Shown in pieces: positions 57,201 through 64,000 of a stretch of 64,000 bases of DNA (its first letter is position 1; each line of letters opens with the position of its first letter). Below the pieces are notes generated by a model, which saw only the letters and a program-made list of their open reading frames with translations, had not been told where the DNA came from and ran no database searches. The position numbers and the translations under genes are program-made. This stretch comes from Terrimicrobiaceae bacterium (GTDB lineage Bacteria; Verrucomicrobiota; Verrucomicrobiia; Chthoniobacterales; Terrimicrobiaceae): NCBI GenBank assembly GCA_044342325.1, contig JBIIPZ010000010.1:1-64000 (forward strand), in the 5' to 3' direction.

Positions 57201-60200
57201 GGGTGTTATTCGCAGTGAGCGTGAGGGTGCCAGCGCCTGTCTTGCTGAGGGCTCCGGTGGAGGAGAGCACGCCGGAGAGGGTGGTGTTGTTGGAATTGGT
57301 ATCGAAGACGGTGGTGCCAGAGGAGAGGACGATGTTATTGGCCAGGGTGAGGCCGCTGGCGCCGCTGCGGAGGGTGGCTGTGTTGCCTGCGCCCGGATTG
57401 AGTTTGACCTCGCCGCTTGAGTTGCCGAGGGCGGTGCTGCTGCCGACGACGACGGTGCCGCTGCTGATGGTGGTGCCGCTAGCGTAAGAGTTGCTGCCGC
57501 CCAGGATGAGCGTGCCGTTGCCGGTTTTGGAGAGACCGGCGCCCGCTCCAGCAAGGTTGGCATTTATCGTAGTATTTCCTGTTGCAGAGACATTTATGGC
57601 AGAAGAGGAGGATGATGTCACATTAAGCGTATTGGAACCATTGATCGACACTTCGGAGGTGGTAATGGCGAGCGTATTGATGCTGTAGTTGGCGCCAAGG
57701 GTGGTAGTGAGGTTGCCGGCATTGGTGCCCGCGAAAATGACATCCGATTGATCGGTGAGGGAGCTTCCGGGGATTGAAGCGGTGCCGTTGATACTGGTGC
57801 TGAAGTTGGTATCCACCCAACTGCTGCCGTTCCCGCCGGTCCAGTAGGCCAGTGAGGAACTGGCCGCCGCCGTGAGCCAGAGGGAGGTGGTATTCGATGT
57901 GAGGCTGAAAGAATACCCTGTCTGAGGGGCGTAAGTGCCCAGGCTCCATGTGCCATTGAGACCACTGGTGGCAGTGAGGAGTGTCCAGTTTCCCCCGCTC
58001 GAAATGGAGTTGAGAAAGCTAAGGTTCACAATATTGGTGCCATTAAGAGTTGCTGCACCTCCAAAATTCAAGCGGTCCGACGCGCTGCTGCTCAGATCCA
58101 CATCGAACGAAAGCTTGGCTGTGCTGAGTGAGATACCGGAGCTGCCGAGTGTGATCGTGCGCGTGTCGCCATCGGCAAAGCTGAGCGTGGAGCCACCTGA
58201 GGCGCTGAGGCCAGTGATATTCGAAGAAAGAGCGCCAGCGCCGCTGAAGAGGAGCGTGCCTGCGGTGGCTTCGACCGCGCCGGAGTTGGTGTTTGTGCCA
58301 TTGAGGGTGGTGGTGCGTTCAGACGATTGCACGATATTGCCTGCGCCGCTGATGTTGTTTGAAATGGTTGCATCAGCGCTGCGGTTGAGTTGGAGTGCCG
58401 CTCCGGTGTTGACCGCTATGGCTCCCGCGACGGAGCCGGATGCGACGGAGAGCGTGAGCGTGCCGCCATTAATAGTGGTGCCTCCCGTGTAGGAATTTGC
58501 GGCAGAGAGCGTGAGTGTGCCGGTGCCGTTTTTGGTGAGGCCACCGGTATTCGAGCTATCCATCGCGCCGGCGAAGGTCGCCGATTGGCCGTTGGTATCG
58601 AGAATCATGGCGGAGGCGCTGTTTTTGATGCGGGCGCCGTAGTCGGCTCCCGAGCCGCCAGAGGCGAACTGCATGGTGCCGCCGGAGAAGGTGATGTTGC
58701 CAGTGGTGCCGAGGGCGGCGGTGGCGTTGATGCCGAGGATGCCGGCCGAGAGAGTCGTGCCGCCGGTGTAGGTGTTTGTGCCGGAGAGCGTCCATGTGCC
58801 GGTGCCGGCTTTGACGAGCGCGGTGGTAGCTGTATTTGCGGCAAAATCATTGATCACTCCCGACAGCTCACCGGTGCCGCTCGTGGAGCCCTGGAGAGTG
58901 AGGGTTTTGTTGCCATTGCCTGTGGCTACGACAGCACTCGTAAACCGCAGCGTGCTGTTGCCAGATTGATCGATCACGGCGCCGCCGGTCGTGCCCGAAA
59001 GGTTGATGGTGCGGTTGGTCGTCTGAGCCGCACCAGTGTAGAGAAGCGTGCCAGAGCTATCCCTCAATCCGATGTTGATGGCAGAGCCGCTGCCTACGGC
59101 ACTGTTTACGGTGCGGTTCCCGATCGAGGCCACGCTGAGCGTGCCGGCTGCGATGGTGGTGTTGCCACTGTAGCTGTTCGACCCATTGCCGAGCGTGAGC
59201 GTGTTGTTGCCGAGCTTGGTGAGCGCGCGTGTTGTGCTGAGGGTCGGATTGAGTGTAAAACTCCCAGCCGTGGTATCTACCGCCACGCCAGAGATATTAT
59301 TAAGACTAAACCAACCCGCAAAAGTGCCAGTTCCATTTGTGGTTGACGCATTGAAAAGCGTCGCGACATCGTTCTCACTGTAGTCGCCAGATGCCGCGCC
59401 CACACCGAGGCCTACGGTGACGCCTGCGGAAATAGTGACATTGCTGCTCGTGGGGCGCGCGGCAGTATTTCTGAAAACGAGCGTGCCACCGCCAACGATC
59501 GTGGCACCGGTGTAGGTATTGTTTCCAGAGAGCGTCCATATGCCAGTTCCGGACTTGGCGACCCAGGTGAGATTTGTTCCATTGTTACCGATCGAGCCCG
59601 CAATCTCGCCCATACCGGTGCCAGAGAGTGTGAAGACTTTTGATGATTCGAATCTGGATGTGACATTGCTTGTGAACCGCAGCGTGCCGCTGGAGTTGTC
59701 GGCAAAAATATTGGCCCCCGGTCCCCCGGCAACCGTGATGTTTTTATCCGTTGTCTCTCCTGTGCCGGTATATAAAAGAGTGCCAGGAGTGTGCGTAGAA
59801 CCAATAATTATGGAACCATTAGTGCCCAGATAGCTATTTGAGCCCGCATTTCCGATGCCGGCCACGCTCAAAGTGCCACTCTGGATCGTGACAGCTCCCG
59901 TGAAGCTGCTATTTGAGTTTCCGAGAACAAGAGTGCCGCCTGCGGCAGACATGCCGAAGAGTAAAGCATTCGTGCCATTTGCAGTTAATGCGCTATTGAT
60001 CGTAAAGGAATTGAGTGATGCCGCGGCCAGACGGTAAGTTTGGCCACTGCCAATCACAATGCGCGAGGACACATCGGTGGAGTTGTTTGTGAAAACCAAG
60101 CCACCGCCTGTCATATTAATGTTGCCACTATAACCCATGGCTCCCGCACTTGATAATTGAGCGTAAGGGCTAGTAACGCGCCACGATGAAGCGGAGTTGT

Positions 60201-61395
60201 TTCCTGAAAGTGTGAGAAACGGATGTGACGAACCCAAAGACACACTGCCATTGACGGCGAGATTTCCGGTTAGAGTTATTGATTTTGAGCTTGTTCCTTG
60301 CAAAGTCAAGGCCGAGGTTGCTCCAGCGAGGGATGAGATGTCGCCACTGAAGGTGGAGGAATTTGAGGAGAGAGAGATCGTCTGGCTCCCATTTCCGAGA
60401 AAGATTCTGTTTGATATGGTGGTTACATCTGACCGGTTGACGATAAGCGTGCCGGAATTGATCGTGATATTACTGCTGGCCGAGATGCTGCCCGTCGCGC
60501 CATTATTACCAAGTTGCAGCGTGCCGGCGTTGATGGTAGTGGCTCCGGTGTAGGTGCTGGCACCAGTGAGGATCAGGCTGTTGGATCCTGTCTTGGTGAG
60601 GCCCAGAGCGCCCTGTGCGGTGTTGCCGAGGTTCGCCGTGTAGGTGCGGCTTGCCGTGGTGGTATCAAAGCCGATTGCTGAATCGGCCGCAAAATTCGTC
60701 GTGCCGAGCATGGTGGTGATGTTTGCATCCGTTACGGCATTGTAAACGGCGAGAGAAGCCCCGCCGGCTACGGAGTATCCGCCATTTGTGCTCCACGAAG
60801 GCAGAGCGGAGGTGCTGGTAATGGAAAGCACACCCGCGCTAACCGTGGTGCCACCGCTATAGGTATTCGCGCCGGAGAGAACAAGCGTGCCGGTGCCTTC
60901 CTTAGTGAGACCGAAATTAGTGCCGGTGATGATGCCGCCGACCGTGAGGGCGTTTGTTGAGTTGTTGCTCCAAGTTTGGTTCGCAGCGAGAGCGAATATT
61001 GCGCTCCCTGTGCTTACCGCGCCAGCTCCGGCAGCAACCTCAATACCCATATTCACACCGCCAGTGGAAACACCGCTCAGCGTGATCGTATTTGAGCCGC
61101 TCCCAAAAGTGAGAGCCCCGCTGCTGGAACCAATGTATAGTTTTCCGAAAGCCGCATTGGCTGTAGCGCTAGGCGCATTTGTGTATGTGGCATTATTAAA
61201 ATTGCCGGTGAATGTGGCACTGGGTGTCGTGTTAGGGGTCCAGCTTGTATTTGTCCCAATTGCTGTTGAGCTATTGTTCCAATCGGCCGATGTCTGCGCC
61301 CGCGCATCAGGCACGAACGCCACGCCCGCCGCGAGTGCGAGCAACACCGCGATACGAATCCGGATGCGGGATGAGAGTGGTGAGTGTGTATTCAT
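54250..61395 (-). CDS. Giant surface protein with autotransporter-associated beta-strand repeats and a PEP-CTERM-like sorting signal
   Basis: About 18 LxKxGxGTLxLxxxNTYxGxTxxxxGxL repeats; signal peptide after ATG 61395; C-terminal AVPETETY + TM helix + RRRANRK; no beta-barrel. Confidence 0.88.
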   Translation of the reverse strand: MNTHSPLSSRIRIRIAVLLALAAGVAFVPDARAQTSADWNNSSTAIGTNTSWTPNTTPSATFTGNFNNATYTNAPSATANAAFGKLYIGSSSGALTFGSGSNTITLSGVSTGGVNMGIEVAAGAGAVSTGSAIFALAANQTWSNNSTNALTVGGIITGTNFGLTKEGTGTLVLSGANTYSGGTTVSAGVLSITSTSALPSWSTNGGYSVAGGASLAVYNAVTDANITTMLGTTNFAADSAIGFDTTTASRTYTANLGNTAQGALGLTKTGSNSLILTGASTYTGATTINAGTLQLGNNGATGSISASSNITINSGTLIVNRSDVTTISNRIFLGNGSQTISLSSNSSTFSGDISSLAGATSALTLQGTSSKSITLTGNLAVNGSVSLGSSHPFLTLSGNNSASSWRVTSPYAQLSSAGAMGYSGNINMTGGGLVFTNNSTDVSSRIVIGSGQTYRLAAASLNSFTINSALTANGTNALLFGMSAAGGTLVLGNSNSSFTGAVTIQSGTLSVAGIGNAGSNSYLGTNGSIIIGSTHTPGTLLYTGTGETTDKNITVAGGPGANIFADNSSGTLRFTSNVTSRFESSKVFTLSGTGMGEIAGSIGNNGTNLTWVAKSGTGIWTLSGNNTYTGATIVGGGTLVFRNTAARPTSSNVTISAGVTVGLGVGAASGDYSENDVATLFNASTTNGTGTFAGWFSLNNISGVAVDTTAGSFTLNPTLSTTRALTKLGNNTLTLGNGSNSYSGNTTIAAGTLSVASIGNRTVNSAVGSGSAINIGLRDSSGTLLYTGAAQTTNRTINLSGTTGGAVIDQSGNSTLRFTSAVVATGNGNKTLTLQGSTSGTGELSGVINDFAANTATTALVKAGTGTWTLSGTNTYTGGTTLSAGILGINATAALGTTGNITFSGGTMQFASGGSGADYGARIKNSASAMILDTNGQSATFAGAMDSSNTGGLTKNGTGTLTLSAANSYTGGTTINGGTLTLSVASGSVAGAIAVNTGAALQLNRSADATISNNISGAGNIVQSSERTTTLNGTNTNSGAVEATAGTLLFSGAGALSSNITGLSASGGSTLSFADGDTRTITLGSSGISLSTAKLSFDVDLSSSASDRLNFGGAATLNGTNIVNLSFLNSISSGGNWTLLTATSGLNGTWSLGTYAPQTGYSFSLTSNTTSLWLTAAASSSLAYWTGGNGSSWVDTNFSTSINGTASIPGSSLTDQSDVIFAGTNAGNLTTTLGANYSINTLAITTSEVSINGSNTLNVTSSSSSAINVSATGNTTINANLAGAGAGLSKTGNGTLILGGSNSYASGTTISSGTVVVGSSTALGNSSGEVKLNPGAGNTATLRSGASGLTLANNIVLSSGTTVFDTNSNNTTLSGVLSSTGALSKTGAGTLTLTANNTHTGGITISAGGIALSGSGALADSETMNLAASGTSFDISAITASGETIASIAGASGSSIALGNKTLTVGGDNTSTTFSGSMGGAGGALVKTGSGTLTLTGGNTYTGTTTITAGGLQIGNGGTTGSLSTSSTITNNGVLTFNRSNNLAQGTDFTSTAIGGSGSLAQSGTGNLTLSSANTYSGGTTLNSGTLVLNNSTAIGTGALTINGGTLNNTSGTSITLTSNNTQNWNANFAFAGTNDLNLGTGTVALGNSASRTITLTSGNLTVGGVISGASSSLTKAGAGTLRLTGSNSYSGGTTISAGILEIAGSGTLNGAGNIANNGTLLWNSSSTLAFSGVISGSGGITLNGTGTMQINSASNSFTGGVVINAGTLRLGEGNVISASNNVTINGGTLDMQNRDNAISLLTLTNGNVIELGGVFTSTLTATDGYILQNGSVSTILAGSGTLTKNGSGTVTLSRNNTLSGSTVVADGTLLLSGNGTLGTSTISLTGGTLDMGGKSLTNTITSISGGTLVNGTITNNGGNYAMQNGTVSAILAGTNGLIKTGSGTFTLNGSNTYSGATTISAGNLSISSVSALGSTSGVNLANATALIYNGAAGNLTRDISITGATGSTGTIRNSGTGLLTLSGALSKNGTTLTLAGGSNGITVSGVISGSSANSDLVIDGGTTTLANANTYNGPTSIINGATLNANVTNALPTANGRSAISIDTTGTGSSTLALGASQSVASLTGAASSNVTLGANTLTINATSGSTTYAGRITGASNSALVKDGASTQVLTGDNSGFTGSTTVNSGTLQAAATGAMGNTTVVNVTGGSFLVTAANAVSDSTNINLDGGTLAVSGTFNENVGLLTLSKDSIIDFAGFVGTLRFSGVGSWAPSANLAIWNWSGVPRYGDPVNNYLTPSNLVFTDNSLVASDLAKISFYSGSGSGFIGNGFEVSGFEGNGSLIIAVPETETYFYALALLAGLAVQYLRRRANRKPREGQPPA

Positions 61396-61799
61396 AGGGA
61401 GGCAGGAGCTGGTATGGGTGGGATGGGATTCGGAATGAAAGTCGGAAATCCACGGGACGAAAGCGCCAAGGCGGCCACGCTGGGAATCCCTACCCCGCCC
61501 GCAAAGCGGCTCAGCGAGGCCCGTGACGAGGCGATGGGTGTTTGTGGAAGGGAGAAATTTCATTGGGAGAAACTTTATTATTTATTTTTATAAACAAAGC
61601 AGAACATTTGATTGACCGCAACCGAAAGTCAAATTTTTTTTAAAGTTTTTCTTTCCAAACAGTCGATAGCCACAAAAATTTTTGCATAGTAATTTTTTTC
61701 AAGGACTTAAAAAAATCATTTCTCTTTATACAAAAAGGGTTATTCCGCCAGTAGAGAGCTACAGGATCGCTTAATCATGAAAAATCCGCGCCGCGAAGG

Positions 61800-62345
61800 T
61801 TCAACAGAATGATGGATGACAGAATCATTTTTTAGGGGTGTGGCGCGCTGCCGCGCGAGTCCTGTAGCGGCGTCTCTTAATCCCATGGTAGGGATGTCGC
61901 GCCGTCGACGTCCCAAGTTTCAGCTGCGAAGCAGCGTTTCTGCTGGAGATGCAATGGCGGCCTTGCCGCGCAAATGGGTCAGCGGCGGCGCGCCGACCCT
62001 ACCCTTTGATGCACGAGCGCACGGCGTGGCTTGACCATCGATGAGGTTGCGGCGCGAGTGTCTTACACGGTCGAGACGACCGTGCTCCTCTCTTTCGCGC
62101 TGCCGCGCGAGTCCTGTAGCGGCGTCTCTATGAGCGCCGGGTGCGGATAGGGCGGTTTTTGGGCGAGCAGGTGTCTGGGAGTCATTCAACGGCTTCCGTG
62201 GAGAAATTCTGGTCAAGCCAACCGAAGCCACGGGCGTGGCGTAGGAAGCACATCGCAGATGGCCCGGAGGGCGCAGCGAGCAGGGCGCGAGCAAGGCAAA
62301 GGTCGCCCTCCAAGGGCTTGAGCGCGACAGGGACCGGGCGGGCGC
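61800..62345. repeat. Mosaic REP block
   Basis: Modules shared with 4439-4610, 51140-51280, 52700-53025 and 54009-54085. Confidence 0.85.
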
Positions 62346-62408
62346 TCGCATTTTTCTGGTAATTTTTTAGAAAACGGAACAATGCTTTACCTCCTACTAA
62401 AGTAATTC

Positions 62409-63482
62409 GTGGAAAAAACATCCCGCAAAATAAGAAAGACGAGCAAGAAGCAGGCGCGCGTTATCGAGGCGATTCGCAAGAAAATCCTGAGTGGCGAATA
62501 TGCACCGGGAACGCAGATTCCGATCCAGACCGAGCTTGTGCAGAAGTTCAAACTCAGCAGCGTGACCGTGCAGCGGGCCGTGCATGAGTTGAAGCGGCAG
62601 GGGTTTTTGACGGCGAAGCGGCGGCTGGGCACATTCATCGCGGAGCAGCCTCCTCACTTGAAAAATTACGCACTGGTTTTTCCGGCGGATCCCGCAAAAT
62701 CCGTCGTGTGGGGGAATTTTTGGGAGAGCCTGCGGCTTGAAGCGGAAAAGATCAACAAGCGGAGCGAAAAAAGGATTGAGTTTTTCTTTGGGGCCGAGGA
62801 GTTCGAACACAGTAAGGATTATTTGCGCCTGGTGGAGTTGGTGCGCAACCACCAGCTGGCGGGCCTCATTTTTGCGGCTCCGCCGCACAATCTCATGGAC
62901 ACGCCATTGATGACCGTGCCCGACATGCCAAGGGTAGCGATCGCCAGTTTGACAAAATATAAAATTCCTGTGGTGAGCCATGCGGATCAAAGCGGACTTT
63001 TTACAGCAGCAAAGCGCCTCTCGGAGCGCGGCGTCAAGCGCATCGCCCTTTTCTGCACGGCAACGACGCAGGTGGAGGAATGGTTGCGCCGGCAATCGGA
63101 ACTCGTGGATCTAGGCATTCGCACACGCGAGCAATGGTGCTTCACCATTCCCGCGACCGTTCCAGGCACCGCCAAAGCCTGCACGCGCTTGCTCATGGAT
63201 CTGCCCGCCAAGGACCGACCAGACGGTATGATCGTAATGGATGACCACCTCACCGAAGCCGTGGAGCAGGGACTCATCGACGCTGGCGATGACGCCGCAA
63301 CGCAAGTCGGCGTGGTGGCATTGTGCAACTTCCCCGACCGCTTCGCCCACCGACTCCCAATCCAACGACTCGGCTGCAACGCCGTGGATTTTCTCAACCT
63401 CTGCATCGAAAGCATCGACGCCCAGCGCAACGGCGACAAGGTGCAGAAGCAAGTCTTTGTGAAAGCCTACTTCGAGGAGTAG
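62409..63482 (+). CDS. GntR wHTH + LacI-like sugar-binding domain regulator (AraR-type architecture)
   Basis: IRKKILSGEYAPGTQIP..SSVTVQRAVHELKRQGFL..GTFI; RPDGMIVMDD. Confidence 0.88.
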   Translation: MEKTSRKIRKTSKKQARVIEAIRKKILSGEYAPGTQIPIQTELVQKFKLSSVTVQRAVHELKRQGFLTAKRRLGTFIAEQPPHLKNYALVFPADPAKSVVWGNFWESLRLEAEKINKRSEKRIEFFFGAEEFEHSKDYLRLVELVRNHQLAGLIFAAPPHNLMDTPLMTVPDMPRVAIASLTKYKIPVVSHADQSGLFTAAKRLSERGVKRIALFCTATTQVEEWLRRQSELVDLGIRTREQWCFTIPATVPGTAKACTRLLMDLPAKDRPDGMIVMDDHLTEAVEQGLIDAGDDAATQVGVVALCNFPDRFAHRLPIQRLGCNAVDFLNLCIESIDAQRNGDKVQKQVFVKAYFEE

Positions 63483-63496
63483 GAATGAAGAATTAA

Positions 63497-63830
63497 GTTT
63501 TCAGTTTTCAGTCTTAAGTTCCAAGAGCTGCAAGAACCTCCCCGCCCGCTACACGACCCGCGCGGCAGCGCGACACACCCCAAAAAAATGATTTTGCTGT
63601 TCATGATTTTGCCAAACCCTGCCGTGTGCTCATCCTGCCCGGATATCTTTGAACCACGAATAGTCCGAATGAACACGAATAAAACCAGCAAGGAGAATCT
63701 GCGGCGAAGCCGCTTCCCATTCGTGAAAATTTGAGCAATTCGTGGTTGAATAATGTATTTCGCGAGGGCGAAGCACCTCCCCGGCGCTCATAGAGACGCC
63801 GCTACACGACCCGCGCGGCAGCGCGCCCGC
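63497..63830. repeat. Mosaic repeat block in inverted orientation
   Basis: Reverse complement of 50171-50345 and of 61810-61865; includes the 96-bp element at 63652-63747. Confidence 0.88.
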
Positions 63831-63833
63831 CGC

Positions 63834-64000
63834 TCAAGAACTCCATGGATTGAATGTGGCGGCATGCCGAAAATCATCAACATTTCTGGTCGCGACTATG
63901 GCTCCATGCCTGACTGCCATGGCATCAATCAAACTATCCCAAAGCGCTTGAGGTTGGCGTTTGACTTCAGGACTATGCCTCAACTTGGCCCAAACCAAGG
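63834..64000 (-). CDS. vapC: 3' end of a PIN-domain (VapC/FitB-like) toxin (partial)
   Basis: Minus frame from 63998 reads LVWAKLRHSPEVKRQPQALWDSLIDAMAVRHGAIVATRNVDDFRHAATFNPWSS*. It is not in the ORF track. Confidence 0.82.
   Translation of the reverse strand, partial: LVWAKLRHSPEVKRQPQALWDSLIDAMAVRHGAIVATRNVDDFRHAATFNPWSS

Noticed and set aside
61396..61563. Upstream extension of the adhesin ORF to 61563
   Set aside because: It runs through REP-like sequence, and a signal peptide follows ATG 61395. Similar extensions at 17220, 31035, 32947 and 43347 overlap upstream genes.
50171..63830. Possible integron attC cassette array
   Set aside because: I found no consistent RYYYAAC...GTTRRRY core sites, the genes are in mixed orientation and there is no integrase in the window.
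63864..64000. Open plus-strand frame MPKIINISG...
   Set aside because: It is antisense to the clear PIN-domain C-terminus.

Overview
This is a GC-rich bacterial window. It is probably from Verrucomicrobiota, inferred from a PEP-CTERM-like anchored autotransporter-repeat protein, mostly Shine-Dalgarno-less C/A-rich start contexts and the glycan-enzyme repertoire. Bases 1-4255 hold three AraC regulators (one partial) interleaved with two MocD-like membrane di-iron desaturase/oxygenase genes. Bases 4572-50058 are one 45-kb minus-strand, often ATGA-coupled polysaccharide-degradation cluster. It encodes GH52, GH29, GH2, GH42-like and clan-D-like hydrolases, SGNH esterases, a beta-helix protein, a heparinase-like protein, nitrilase, MBL and FAD/NAD enzymes, one MFS transporter, and four giant secreted FlgD-Ig/beta-propeller paralogues. 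The cluster carries many scars of gene turnover: duplicated gene tails, stubs, a chimera and a frameshift. Bases 50150-64000 contain three toxin-antitoxin modules (one partial), a LamG protein, a 2.4k-aa surface protein and a GntR/LacI-type regulator. These genes are separated by a modular mosaic of REP-like hairpins that show covariation, a 96-bp inverted-repeat element, and a 30-nt hairpin found in both filled and empty target sites. I saw no rRNA, tRNA, CRISPR array, integrase or transposase. All product calls come from motif recognition by eye, not database searches.
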